This document shows, one piece after another, positions 48,036 through 61,967 of a stretch of DNA of 64,000 bases (its first letter is position 1; each line of letters opens with the position of its first letter). Source of the stretch: Octopus sinensis (lineage: Eukaryota); NCBI RefSeq assembly GCF_006345805.1, contig NW_021832222.1, positions 1 to 64,000 of the forward strand, written 5' to 3'. The translations under genes were made by a program, and so were the position numbers. The notes below the pieces were generated by a model that worked only from the letters and a program-made list of their open reading frames with translations, was not told the DNA's origin and did no database searches.

Positions 48036-50456
48036 TTAAATTTTTTCGATTTCGTAGATTGCAATTTGGTTTTCCTGGTTTAATGTAGCGGCATAAATGA
48101 TCGATTCCGATACCGCAATGTCATGAATGATGGGTAATTCCTTTTAAATAGAAACACAAAGTCGTACAATATTACCAATATCCACTTTAAACATTACAGA
48201 AATGTCAAAAAAGTAAATAAATATATCAGATTTCTTTTCCACAAAACTTGTATTAGTTATATATAATGCTGAAGCAATCAATTTGGTAAAAGGGGCCTAA
48301 CCATTGGCAGAATCATCAAAGTGAATGGACATTATAGAATTTTCAAAATGAGGACCTTCGATATACAAATTCAAATCAAAGTCATAACAGCGAAAGAATC
48401 CGAGTTCCCTCAAGGCTACACATATTAGTTCCCGCTTGTTAGTAATTGCTAAACTGTGAGGGACTAACGATATTGAAATATTTAAAAAACTTGAATTTAT
48501 GGTTTCCGAAAGTTTAATTTCTTTTATAAAATTTCCGGAATAGTCATATTTTATTAAGTGATTGTCGCAGTATCTATTTCAGTTAATAGTTAAATTAACC
48601 CAGAAATGACGAACACATGGAGATGATTGGAAACCACGACATCAGTAGGCATACATAACAATCTTCCGTTTTTACCAGATTTGATGATTAAATCAATATT
48701 AAGGACATTTTCTTTGAGTGTAATTTTTATTACCTTAATAATTTATGGTCAAAAATTATCACTTGTTGGAGGACAACATCGGTAACCCAAATATTGTCGT
48801 TCTCATCGACAAAAATTCCATGAGGCATGTAAAATCTATTTTTACTTAATCAAAAAACATGTTTTTTCCGATAGAAAGACTTTCATTTTTTAGGATTAAA
48901 ATCACATTGTCTTCGATTTGATTTTGTTTTAGCAGAGATTCGCTTTGGTTTATTTATTTGTAATTACTTGTTTTTCCACTTTTTACGTCCTCTATGAAGA
49001 ATATACAAAGTGTGATTTTTGTCAAATGACAGTCCTGAAATATCTCCAACATATAATTTCTTATCTTGAAGAATATTTTCCCTCAACAACACATTTTTGA
49101 TTATATAGTCTTTTTTTATTATAAGTTAAAAACTAATTTGTGTGCTTTCTTTTTTGAAAATCGGTAGACCACTTATAAAACCAACTGGCGGTTGTTCGGC
49201 TTTGTAGTCAGGCTTAATAGGCTCGATTTTTGTAAATAAATCTTCGTGAAAATTTCTTGTGCAGCTAAAAGAATCATTTCCGTTTTTGGAGTAGAAAACA
49301 AAATAAAAGTTGCACATTTCATCATTATGATTCCATCTTAAAGTATAATTTTTAAATATTTTTTACCCTGCATTGATTGACGATTTTTCAGAAGTCGTGT
49401 CGAACTGGCACAAAGATAACTTTAAATTTATTTAAAAAAATAACTATAATATCGCCAGGGTAAATGATTGCCTTCTCGTTGGCAGGATAAAAGCTCTAAA
49501 ATAACATACTTTTATTGACTTGATTCCACATCGGACTGGCTTTCCCAATTATACTGAATTTACCATTATTGGACGAATAGACATATCCGACAACCATTTT
49601 CCCTGATCTAATAATTTTTCGAATAATCACCATGTTTGTGAGTATGAACTCTAAATAAAACAGGATGCAAGATTTCCTTTCCTGTGTAAAAACATGACGT
49701 TTTGACCGAATAATCTGATTTTAAATTGTCTTTTTGTACTTTTTTTGTGGGGAGGGATTTCAAAATATGATTTTGCTAGAATAGAAATTCCTGATTTTTT
49801 GAAAGAATTTTTACTAAAAATGACTTGTATTATATCACAATGAATTTTTAAGATATATTCTGATCGTAAACTTTTTAGGGGACAAATCTAATAAATCAGA
49901 AAAATAATTTTTTGAACAAAATAACAAAATAAACCTTCACTTTCTTTAAGAATACCATAATGTGTCTGAAAAACAAAATGATCTTTTTTGTCGACTTTAA
50001 AACCCATACCTCAAAAATTAAAATAATAAAGTCACTTTTTGGTAAATGAAAAGATGAACCTTTCGATCCCCAGGAAAAAAGTATTTTCAAATCAGTTCGA
50101 CAGAGCTTCTGAATATCTCTGCAATCTTTCCTAAAAAATTAAAGAAATACCAAGTTCTAACCATAATCCATTACGAACTGTAATCTCACTGCATAAAAAT
50201 AATATTGCGTGGTGTGGAATGTCACCTCCGTTTTCAGCTTCGAAACCACCTGATTAGATTAACTAGTTTTTACTTATATAATAAGAAGACGTGTTGTAGT
50301 AATATATTGCTGGATTTATTAAACAAATGTATTCATTCGACTAAAATATCGAGAAAAAAGCACTTTGTTATGTTTAACCGAGTCCATAGAAATCGTGACA
50401 TAATTTTGGAGTGAAGATACCAATCTTAGCATTATAAAAACGTGGAGTTTATTCAT
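48036..50456 (-). CDS. PAM: Bifunctional peptidylglycine alpha-amidating monooxygenase (PHM + PAL)
   Basis: PHM copper ligands IPHHAILFLC, FQTHY, RVHTHKHG and NEMCNFY. PAL NHL repeats FYMPHGIFVDENDNIWVTDV, MPTDVVV...SGYCD, VPHSLAI and HDIAV. Stop 48036-48038. Confidence 0.88.
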
Positions 50457-50974
50457 ATTGCCTTCTCTAATTGCCTTCACTCAGTACAAATATATACCAT
50501 CGTGAAATTAAGTATTAATACGACAGTTGTTGTGTCATCTATTTGATTTATCAGTAAAATAGTAACAGGTGCGTGCAATGTTCTTATTTAGAATTTTAAT
50601 AATATGTACTTTGATCAAGTGACACGACTCAGCAATTTCGTATTTCTACAACACATAAACAAATAGTGAAATTCTCGTGACCGAATAGTCTTGTATAGAT
50701 AATAACTTTTTAAACAAATTTCAGGAGAAAAATAAGTTTAAAGTTTTTATTTAACTCAAAAAATGTCAACAAAAGTAAAATTTACTTATAACTTACATCT
50801 AATCTAGCAATAGTCTTTTTTAAGAATTATATTTGGCAAACTGATCAATTAACACAAAAGATCAAAATAAAAAAAATAAAAGTATAAACACGATAAGAGT
50901 CAAAAATTCCGTATAAAATATTAAAAAAGCAGCAGCACATCACAAAAATAAGTTCTGAGATAAAAAAGGAGCTT

Positions 50975-52620
50975 TCAAGCATACTCGACAGTATCATCAT
51001 CCACTTGAGATAATTCACAACTCCCAGCTGTAGCCAACAAATTGGCAGCACTGTATTTGCCATCCAAAGTCCGTGGAATATCCAACAAACTATCGACAGT
51101 CTCACAGAGAAGGGATTGAACTCCGTCAGCAGAAAAAGAATTGAAAATCTGACTGGATGACTCATCATTGAGAGGACGCTTAAATCGAGAAGACTGACAC
51201 ACTATTTTTTTCTCAGGAGAAACAATTTGGAAATGACGCTAAAATGGAGGACAACAAAAATACAAGGGGAATGGAGTAACGACATCCACGACGACGTTGG
51301 AATGTGTACTCAGCATCCAGACTATCCTTCGGTGGGAGAGGACGCACTTCACGGAACACGGTCTTGGTGACTACCCGAGGATGGAGCAATCCGTCGTAGT
51401 CATCCCGAGTACCCTCCTCCGAAAAATCCCCGAAATGGAAATCCCGTTTTGAAGCAGAAACCGGAGAACTCGATAGGCGACAAATAGACAGATCATACCC
51501 ATTTATAACATGTCCATAATTTCTTGTACGAAACCTAAATTAATTAATATTATAAATAGGATAATAAAAGAAATATATAATATCGACAAGTAAACAATTA
51601 CATTGTTCGTACTGTTTGCACCAGGTTGGTTATCATTTGGTGCTTCAAAATCTCCCTGTTCTTCAACATGTGCAGCAATCCCCTACAAAATGCCATTAAG
51701 TCCCATAACAAGGCGCATAAGGAAATGACATACAATGCCCTGTCGAACTCCCTTCTCAGTCTGAACATTCTCTGGTAGTGAAACTCATCAATTTTCCTAT
51801 TCTAGACACTACAACCACTGGAATGACCTTCCTAGTCTGCATCTTCTCCAACCTCTTCCGAAATGCAATATAAGGGTTGTTTTGTGAAGTCCCCGTGGAC
51901 TGGAAATCCTTGAGAGTGGCCACCTGCAGCAACAAAGGCACCCCCTACAGTAGGTATAACCACAAATACCAATTTCTCTCTCTTATAGAGCCAGTAGTGG
52001 TAGACCAAGTGAATGACATCCCGGGGCATCCTCAGGGATATAAATGCAGCCTCCAGGGATATCGGCTATCATATTGGCACGTCTACTACATTTCGATGCC
52101 CCGAGTTCTCCTCCAATTTGGTGATCATGGACTCAAAGTCGTCCCTCGAGAAGTCGGGGAATCGTTTGAGTTTGTCAGCATAGAATGTCTCGTCGTCTAA
52201 ATCCATGTCATAGAGGGGGGAGTCGTGCACTTCCTGGGTGATGACTGATATATATATAGTGAATAATGAGAACGTTGGGATTGAATGAGGGTCGGAGGGA
52301 GGGTGAACTGCCGAGGGTAGAACTTGTCGTATTTGAAGCCAATCTCCGTGATTTGAGGGATGGGGATTTTGAGTGATTTTGTACTGCCGTACTGCTGTTG
52401 TGCGCTCAGAGCCTGGATGAGGTGGTGCTCCTTGGCGAGGAAGAGGATTAAGGAAACTGAGTCTTACAGTTTCCTCGTCCTTCTCCATTCCCGATGGGAG
52501 AGAGGGAGCACAGGAACCGAGATGGAGGAGCTCGTTTTCCGAAGGCTCCTCATCCTGTCGATAAACATAGACAGCTCTGTTGCTGTCCAAGTTTCGGGTT
52601 CTGAAAGATGGGGTGCTCAT
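50975..52620 (-). CDS. EPC1: Enhancer of polycomb (NuA4/Tip60 subunit)
   Basis: SFRTRNLD, LPSGMEKDEE|EHHLIQAL, YDMDLDDE, VYHYWLYKR and NNPYIAFRKRLEKMQTRK. Confidence 0.9.
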
Positions 52621-53429
52621 TAAGCATTATATTCTAAGTGGCACTATATGGGGTATTAAAGAACAGAAAATAAAATATATTTATCAATTATATAATATAT
52701 ATATTGGCTAAGTCAAATATCGTTTATAGTTACAACACGGTGTGTCAACAAGAAATATAAGCATGCTTTATCGATTATAATTCGTGTCCGTAAAATTATT
52801 CATACAATAGATTCTGTGAAAATTTATTTAAAAATATATAAGAAATTGTTTTGTTTAAAACATTTAATTATTAAAAAAATATTTTTAGGATTATTGTTTT
52901 GTCTATATAAACCAACGACTATTACGTTTATTAATGTTGGGTAACCTAATTGTGCAACAAATAAGTAATTTTAGAAATTTATCCACAAAAAGCTTTAATT
53001 TTATACTTTTATAATTATAGATGTGATTATTATTGAGCTTAAATAGAAAATTTACAGTGTATCGGTATCGAAATATAAAATAATATTTTTTGTATTTTAA
53101 CTTTTCGCCTTTGTTCAGAATTTGTTTATAGCAGTTTAAAAGCAGCAATTAAAAAACCACCTCATAATTTTTTACTAAATATCTTACACAAAAACAATAA
53201 AAATGATTATTTTCTCAGTTTGGTTCTTGATTCTAACAAAAGATTCAGCTTTAATCCAAACTTCTTATTTATAAATCTTTCTGAACTGGGAACATCAACT
53301 TCTTTAAAGATCTTTTTATCTGCCTCAACCCTCTCTTTCCACTGTATTTTGACAGTTGTGGGAATGTCCTTGAGTAACTCACTATACTCAAGTAATGCCG
53401 GCTTCTACATGCTGTCCATATTAAAGTTT

Positions 53430-54600
53430 CTGTAATCAAAACAATTGTGTAAGCAAGTTTGAAATGAGTTGTTGATCCCGAAACAACAGCGCCTTTTCAG
53501 GTTGCTTCCATAGTACCTCAGGGGAGTAAACATCAATTTTTTGCCGAGTAAAAAAAGACCAGGACAGCGGAAAAGATGTGCAGTGAGTGTTTTTCAACAC
53601 AACAAATGTTACAGAAGGGGAGATCGAGATGTCCATTTTGTGTGCATAGTCATTTAGTGAGTGCCGATGGCCAGAGCGGAAACGAGCAAGGTTTATTTGA
53701 GCGGAGGGCGAACATCCGATGAGAGTTTATTGAGGACCAAGTTAGGCATCAGCTTCGAAATGGACGTCGAGATGAAATAGTTTATTCTTTACATTGGATG
53801 TGAACATTTTAGCAAGCGTCTGGGAATATAGATTTGCCGGCGTATTCTTCAGAAAACAATCATTTCCGTTTAGCACATTTAGAACAAGAATGATAGGAAT
53901 TTTGCAATGCAAATAGGAATTGTGCTTCTCTCATATTTAGATGTTATTATATCGGAAAAAGGTTTATTTCACAGTGGAGATGATCGATTGTGGTTGATTT
54001 CAGACATCCAGATACAGTGCGAATGTTTTGTGCTGATTAAAATGTCATTGTCGAGCTTGTAGATAGGCAGGGCGCCTAGCTTGGACTCACGTAACTTAAT
54101 ACAAGTCGTATGTATTCTTTCCAAACTCGTTTGAGGAGTGGCTTCTGGGTACCTGTAATGTGGCCACTTTTAGGATGTTTATACGCCTGTTTGGTTTTTA
54201 AATAACAAAAGGCCAGAAACATAGAGAGATAACTTTGGATATAGGTTTGATTGTCTTCTTTCGGAAGATAAAGCAACGAACCTGTTCCCAATGAGCCAAT
54301 TCTCAACGGAGTATAATTGTTGCTGGATGTTGAAAGAAGCTGATATGTAATCTGTGTGTTTAGAAGCAATAATAATGTCATCAGCGTAAAACAATATATT
54401 TGGGTCATTAGACGGAAAGTCATGAAAATATAAATTGAACAGGGACGGAGACAACACAGAACATTACCCCATTTGAGCATTGTTTTGAACTGTGGTCCAT
54501 GAAAGAGACGTCTCCCATTCGACCCATCCATGAGGACAAAGTTCAGCAGTCTTATGACCAATCCCTACCGCGAGGTGACAAACAACAGGTTTGAAATCCA
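53430..54600 (-). mobile_element. Degraded 5'-truncated LINE (RT C-terminal part)
   Basis: LSPSLFNLYFHDFP...FYADDIII and a downstream NLARFRSGH. Frameshifted. Clade not resolved. Confidence 0.7.
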
Positions 54601-54728
54601 GTAATATAAGTAATTGGATGTTTTTTTATAAAAGGCTTGGTTCTAGAGTTTAACATTTATTAGAGTATTATTTAATATATAATTTTTATTATAAATAAAT
54701 TTTTAAAACACGTTCTTGTTGTTGTGGA

Positions 54729-57180
54729 ATGGAACTTGACGTCGAAAAAGAATTTGACACTTTGGTTACAAATTCTCAAAAAAACACAACTTCAAATATT
54801 AAAAAACGAAACTACGGAACATTTAATTCGTTCGATCTCTCACAGGCACTGTTAAAGGCAATTAAAAAGAAAGGTTTCAAAACCCCAACCCCCATCCAAA
54901 GAAAAGTGCCTACCCTTAATTTCCAATCCCCCAGGTCATTCCACTGATGATGTCTGGAGCCGATGTCCTCGGAATGGCACGTACAGGCAGTGGCAAGTCC
55001 GGAGCCTTCCTAATCCCAATTCTCAATAAATTACACCTCTCTAACGACGTTGGGCAAATTCAGTGCATTATTGTTGCTCCAACCAGAGAATTATGTCTCC
55101 AATTGATGAAATTCACCAAAGAAGTACAATCCAATTCCCCAAGCTTATAGTTTGGTCATTTCACATCCCTAAAAGTGGCAATCGTCGTCGGAGGAGACAA
55201 AATGGAAGACCAATTTAGTGCTATCCACGAAAAGCCAAACATGTTTATATATTGCCCATTATTTTAGAATAATTGCAACCCCGGGAAGACTCCTTCATTT
55301 GGTTGTAGAAATGAACCTGAAACTGAGCAATGTCTCCTATTTTGTGATGGACGAGGCCGACATGTGGACTTGTTGTTCATTTTTGTTAGAATTATGGAAT
55401 CTGGACTGATTACACAACTAAAGGATATTTTACGGAGATTGCCAAAGACCAGACAGTCAGCCTTCTTTTCGGCCACTCTTCCATCCTCACTTGTCGAGTT
55501 TTCCAAGGCGGGTCTGCGAGATCCCACTCTGCTCAGACTGGATACGGACAACAAGATAAGTCCGACAGTCACTGTTTGATTGAGTTGTGTAATTCAGAAT
55601 ACGTTTCTGTATGCACGAGAGGAGCAAAGAGTGGCTCTTTTGGTGTATTTACTGACTAAGAAAATAGAAGGAAATACTGTCGTGTTTGCACAAACAAGAC
55701 ATCATGTCGATTATTTGTACCAAGTTGGGGTTTATTGGTTATTTTAGGTTCTCCAAATTTATAAAATTAATGCCTCATTTGCCTACGGTTCGTTAGATCA
55801 GGCAAACCGACGGATGCAGTTGGAGAATTTTAGAAGGTGTAAAACACGTGTGATGATTGTGACCGATTTGGCTGCTCGTGGATTGGACTTGCCATTCCTC
55901 GACAATGCAATCAATTTCTATTTCCCGACCAGTGGCAAGTTATATGTTCATCGTGTGGGTAGGATTGTGTTTATATATTTGAAGGACGTGTCGGGAGGTG
56001 TGGAAGAGTGGGGAGTGCTTATTCCATTGTGACCCCCCTCGACATGCCCTATTTGTTTGATTTGATGTTGTTCCTTGGATGTTCTCTTTCTGATGACGGA
56101 GGGGATTATTTATTGGGCACAGTTCCACAATCGGTCATCGATGAATGTTCTGAAGGGTTGGAAACAGCTGTCGATTCTTGTCCTGATTTAGTTTGTATAA
56201 AAATGTTTATTTTTAAGCTTAAATTGCAAAAATGTGCGGCTAATTCGAATATCAAACTCACTTCACATCGAGCATTGCCGTCCCCTGCCAGTGTAAGGAG
56301 GTCAAAAGAGTTTGATAAATCGCAATTGAAATGCCATCCTATTTTTGGTATAGAAATGGAACTATTTTAGTCGATCACATTTCCTTCTCGCAATTCAAGG
56401 CTGATGAGGATAAGAGAGAAATATTGGACGGAATTCGAAATTTTAAGCCAAAAAATGTATTTTTGGTTCAAAATTCTAGTCAATGTTGGAGTTGATTAAT
56501 AAACAGAAAAAAGAGCATTCCAAGTCTTTCTCCCAGGCCATAACTTCATTTAGTCGACATAAAATGGTTTTATTTTGTTTAATGTTCTTCTAGGCTTGTC
56601 TCGTCCCTACGGTTTTCGATTCATGTCGAGAAGTGAATGTCCCAAAGGACTTTCACAGTGAGAAAGGGTTGGTCGTGTTTTTATTAACTCAGACTTGAAT
56701 TGGACATGAAGTTCCATAAGGATGCAGGGGAGGCTGCGTTTGATTTAGCAGTAAAGGAAGAACCCCGGCATCCGACGTCGAAAATGAAATGGGACAGAAA
56801 GAAGGCCAAATTCGTCTCTGCCAACAAGCAACACGTGGCTAAGATTAAGACCGAGTCGGGGACATATATTGACGCTTCTTACAAGACCGATTTGTTTTTA
56901 ATGTGTGATATTTTGGCTAGATATAAAAATTGGCTGAAAACTCAAAGCGACAGTGGGAGTAAGTTAGATGTGGCGGGAAGTGTCCAAATATATGGTCATC
57001 GGAAGTTTCGAAATGTCAAAAAGGTGTTATAATTTGTATTATTTGTAGAAAGCTGATTCAGTTGTTCAATCGGAGCTAAAAGATGCGCAAAGAATCATGA
57101 AAGAGAGGAGAATGAAGGAGAAGAAGCAAAAGAAGACGAAACGATTCAAGTCAGTAAAGAAATCTAAAGGGAGACGTTGA
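54729..57180 (+). CDS. DDX54: DEAD-box RNA helicase DDX54/DBP10
   Basis: [55 protein letters not shown], and the DBP10 C-terminal [10 protein letters not shown]...[18 protein letters not shown] 57178-57180. Confidence 0.92.
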
Positions 57181-57950
57181 TGTGTATTGATATTCATAAG
57201 TTTTAAAAATACAATTTTTTATTCTTAACTATTTTCTTGGGTCAATTGAACTGACTGAGTTTAAATTGATGCGTGTACCAAAAAGCAGTTTATACGAAAA
57301 CTGTTAATTCAAACTAGCTAGTCATTTCGAATTTTGATTTGTACATGTTTTGGCTGTTGTTTATAAAATTCCATTCATTGCTGGCTTTTCCAATTTTTTC
57401 CAAACCAACAGCAAAAATCGCAAACAATATCTTAAGTACTTTTAAGTACTTGAAATAAGGTCATCAAGAAAGCGAAACTGGTTTATAGAGAAGAATAGAC
57501 ATTTTTTGCCATTGAGACCTTAGAATACTTCGATGGTAAGCTTTCTTTATGTTAATCCAAACCTCAAAAGAGTTCGAATTCTTTGAATTTATTAAATTTT
57601 TTATTTACTAAGGCTTATTTGTAGCGCCTTGGCAGATTCTTGTAGTTTTGATTTGACTATCTTTGATGAATCCGAAAGCTTCCACAAATTCCCCAAGTTT
57701 TATATTTACATATTTCTTACTTAGTTTATATAGTGCCAACAAGAAATTATGCACTCCATTGGACACCATAACTTTTTAACGTGTTTTTTGACTTTTCCAG
57801 TCAAAATGCCGAAAACTACAACCTGAAGTGGGTAGATGAAGTTAAACTGAAATAATTAATATATATTATATTTTTATAATTTTGTTTGCTATATTTATAA
57901 ACCATAAACCTCAGAATTTTCTCTTAATTTAGTAGGTGGTATAAACCTCA

Positions 57951-59252
57951 ATGTCAAAATCTTCGTCAATTGGAAATATTCTTAAAAAAGTAATCAAAAA
58001 AACTGGAATTGTCACACTTAACCGTCCTTCGGCCCTCAATGCACTTAATTATTCAATGTGCGAAGAATTACTAAACATTCTTCAGGTATTAATAACTAAT
58101 ATATCAACTAGGAATGGGAAAACGATCCTTCAATCAACAAAGTATTACTTAATGCAAATGGAAAAGCATTTTGTGCCGGGGGAGATGTAAAATGTAATTT
58201 TTTATTAAAATAATTCAGATGTACGTGAACAGTCGATAAATAAAAATTATGACCAAGTCGAAATGTTTTTCAACCGAGAATATAGTTTGAATAATTTAAC
58301 TGGGACTATGAAAAAGCCTTTAATTCCCATAATTGACGGAATTGTGATGGGAGGAGTATAATTTCACATTTTCTATCAATTAGGGCGGAGGAATATCCGT
58401 CCATTGCCCAATTCGTGTAGTCACTGAAAATTCTTTGTTTGCAATGCCAGAGACAGCTATTGGTATTTTCTGACCTGGATATTTTCTATAGGATTGTATC
58501 CTGACGTCGGGTGGTCTTATTTCGCATCAAAGCTTCCAAATAACCTTGGCCTCTTCCTTGGATTGTCTGGATTCCGTCTTTCGGGAAAAGACATAAAAAC
58601 AGCTGGTATTGCTACCCATTATGTCTCATCACAAAATGTTTAAACAAACATCTTGATTTATTTAGTTATCGTCTTTGGTGGATTTGTTGGTGGACTTTGA
58701 TGGAGATGTAACTCCTCCAAATATAAATAATTTGTCAATTCTCATTAACAGATTTGAATCAGTTGGTTCAATATCATCATTATTAGGAAATATATCCCAC
58801 AAAATTATTATTAACTCCAGAAATATTACAAGAAATCGAAATAGCATTCTCTTTCTCGACAGTGGAGGAGATAATTAGTCATTTGGAAACTAGCAATACT
58901 CCCTTTGCTTCCAAATTAGTATCTACTCTCTATAAAATGGTTTTTGTGAACTGGTCACTTTATATTAGTCCCCTATGTCACTTAAAGTAACGTTGCATCA
59001 ATTTTTATTGGGGAAAACTTTCTCTTCCCTTTCAGAATGCCTGAATGTCGAATATATTTTATCAAATAATATGACTCGCTCTCATGATTTTCACGAGGGA
59101 GTTCGTTCTGGTGTGTGAATAGTTTAAATATAATAGTGCTTGTCGATAAAACAAACTCACCTTCATGGGACCCAAAAACTCTCGAGGAAGTGACTAATGA
59201 CGTTGTCATGTCATTATATGAATCTCATTTGTTTCAAAAAATTAACATTTAA
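57951..59252 (+). CDS. HIBCH: 3-hydroxyisobutyryl-CoA hydrolase
   Basis: [37 protein letters not shown]|[14 protein letters not shown] and [11 protein letters not shown]. Confidence 0.92.
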
Positions 59253-59330
59253 TTTGTTTCCTATTAATAATTTCAATTAACTTTTCAACTTTCGTATATT
59301 GAATTAAATGTTTACTTTTAGAAAAAATAG

Positions 59331-60789
59331 TTAAATAATTGAAGGTTCGGAACCCTTTTTTTTCATCATAATCGCCTGGCGAATTGGAAGTACTTTCTCT
59401 TCATAAAGATTATTAATTTTTTTTATTTCTTGCACCATTTTTTCCTCTAGCATTAATATCGAATCCTTAGTAACTTCTCCAATCTATCAAAATAATTAAA
59501 CTAAAATACCCCAAAATCGTCCAAACTGTTTTCTTCACTTTCTGCGAATCTTAAAGCTATTTTATAAACATAATATTAAACAAACTTCCAAAACTCACAC
59601 TTTTTGATGTATTTTCTCTACAAACTAATGTAGCTGGCTCGCAAGTTTCTTCTGTAAATATATTAGACATCGCGAAACCTTCTTCGACATGTTCGACATG
59701 ATTTATTTCGCTTATATTTTCCACTTCATTTTCACAGCTTTGAATCAATTCGATCAGCACATGGCGACTACTTTGTTCGAGAAAAGGGTGCTATTAAAAA
59801 ATTATTTTACGTAGAAAATACCGCAAGCAAAGATTTTAAAGCGGCACGATTTTCTGGATTTTTGATAAGACATGAAGAAACAAAATCTGTTACTTTTTCC
59901 GAACGGGGAGTCGAAAAAGTCGGCGGTTCTTCATTGACAATAATCATTGTAACCTATACCCATAATAAACTAAAATACTCTCATTGGATGAATCTCGGAA
60001 TGTGGAGGGTATCCATCCAACATTTCGATTATAGATATCCCTGAATTAATAGAATATACTATTTGTACCTAAACTCCATATATCGGCTGAATAAGTGTAT
60101 CCTACTCCATCCATTATTTCTGGAGCCATCCAATAAGGGGTACCGATCACGGTGTTTCGTTTGGTTAAAAACTCCTTTTAAAATATCAGTCAAATATAAA
60201 ACTGAAATTCGACTAGCTACTCCAAAATCTGCTAATTTTGCAATTCCATCTTTAGTAAGGAGTATATTTCCAGCTTTAATATCTCGATGTATAAGTCGCT
60301 GACTGTGGACATAATGGATGCCCTTCAAAGTATCTGATAGCACAGATGCAGTTTCCACCTCAGTTAACTACTAATTTTTATAATCAATTGTGCCACTGTT
60401 TTCTTTCGCCTTGCCATAATGTTTGCAATTGAGCCTCCAGTACAAAATTCCATTACAATCTCATAAATGAAACTATTTTTATACCCATAAATAGTCATCT
60501 GCAATAAAACTCCCGTAATACTTTGTGACATGCTTAGAATCGCAGTGCCTTAAAAATTCGACTTCTTTGAGGATATTTCGAATATCTTTGATAAGACAAA
60601 TTTTTTTTACTGCCAAAATGTGTTTAGTATTAATATGAAAGGCTTTAAATACAGAACCATATGAACTGCACAATGTATTGAAATAAAAGAATACCCTTCT
60701 CCTATACATTCGCCAATTTGAAACAAATTTTCAGGCGACTCAGACAACTCTTCTTTGGTCAGAGAAAAGGAAGAATCTGAGTTCGGCAT
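59331..60789 (-). CDS. STK3: Hippo/MST (STK3/STK4) kinase with C-terminal SARAH domain
   Basis: IGEG|[43 protein letters not shown], and the SARAH-like [20 protein letters not shown]. Confidence 0.88.
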
Positions 60790-61204
60790 ATGCGGACGTA
60801 AAAGTTGAATTACGAATATATTCGGCTTTAATTGTGTGCGTTCTACATAATCGCATTAATTGGAATATTAGATTTGGCGCGATTAAAATTAATATTTCAA
60901 ATTTTACGAAAAGTTATCAACGCAAAATTGTTATTTATTATCAGAAAATTGTCAGGGAATCAGACATTGTAGAAAAACAGGATAGTTTATGAAAACGTCT
61001 CAAAATGAATATTTGTTTTCTTTATCCCACAACTGTTAAAAATCAAATTTTGGGTACTTGTAGATTTCATGCTGCACGAAATAAGGCTCTAACTTAATTT
61101 TGGAAAATTTTTTTGATTAAAAATATGATATTTTAAAAGAAATGACAATGCCGAATTTATAAATATTATTATAAATTTTTTTAAAAAAATTACTATATTT
61201 GATT

Positions 61205-61300
61205 GTATAGGTGGAATTGGAAAAAGTGTTGAAGTAGACGAATGCATGTTTTTAAAAAGAAAGAATAATGCAGTTTTGGTCATACTATTTGGAGTTATCG
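61205..61300 (+). mobile_element. Merlin/IS1595-like transposase fragment
   Basis: IGGIGKSVEVDECMFLKRKNNA matches the GGxGxxVExDExxFxKRKYN motif. Confidence 0.6.
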
Positions 61301-61399
61301 GTTAGTTAAATTGACTTAAAATGAATACGCAAAAAACTCGTGCTCGATTATATGCTCAATTGAGTCTCATCACTAAGGGTTTATTTGAACCTCTTTCTT

Positions 61400-61700
61400 C
61401 TCAAAAAGTATCTTTTTATTCCAAACATACTTTTCTGTTGCGATTTTGTTTTTTCGATGCCCTTGAGGGTTTTTCCAATATTGATGGTCTAATTTCTTTC
61501 GGTTTTAGTTATCTGCTAAATATCCAATTATATTGCGATGCCCTGTTATGGGAAAAATTTACTAATTGGTTCGGGGGAGTTGGAATCCGATCCTGTAAAG
61601 ACTTTTTTCTTTTGTCCTTACAGTTCTCGCAATTCAGTCAACTTTGTTATTTTCTTGACTAATGTGACCTAAACCTCGAAATTTTAAAGATCAAATTTAT
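61400..61700 (+). mobile_element. Probable CRE-like retroelement relic
   Basis: LWEKFTNWFGGVGIRSCKD resembles the post-RT W...GGLGIRS motif. Short and degraded. Confidence 0.4.
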
Positions 61701-61967
61701 TGTACATGAAGTCTGTGAATTCTTTTCTTTTGCGGGCTTTTCAATGTGTTTAAATAGGAAAGAAATACCACGTTTTAGATAAAAACTCTTTTGAAATTTT
61801 TATCCCAGGTGCATTAATAATAGTGATTTTTATTTTAAATATAATAAAAAATAGTTTAATTGAAAAATTATATAATTTCAGTGAATCGATTGCAAATTTT
61901 TTCATCTTTGGTGGTCTTTGTTATGTTACTTTATTTTTAGTTACTTTTTCTGGAATGATCCTGTAAG

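Noticed and set aside
53669-53693. GGCCAGAGCGGAAACGAGCAAGG resembling SRP RNA helix 8
   Set aside because: No supporting SRP helices, and the opposite strand encodes the LINE motif NLARFRSGH.
55350-55400. Non-canonical intron that would restore DEADR in DDX54
   Set aside because: A normal GT-AG intron keeps the frame (DEADIIMESG), so a substitution is the simpler explanation.
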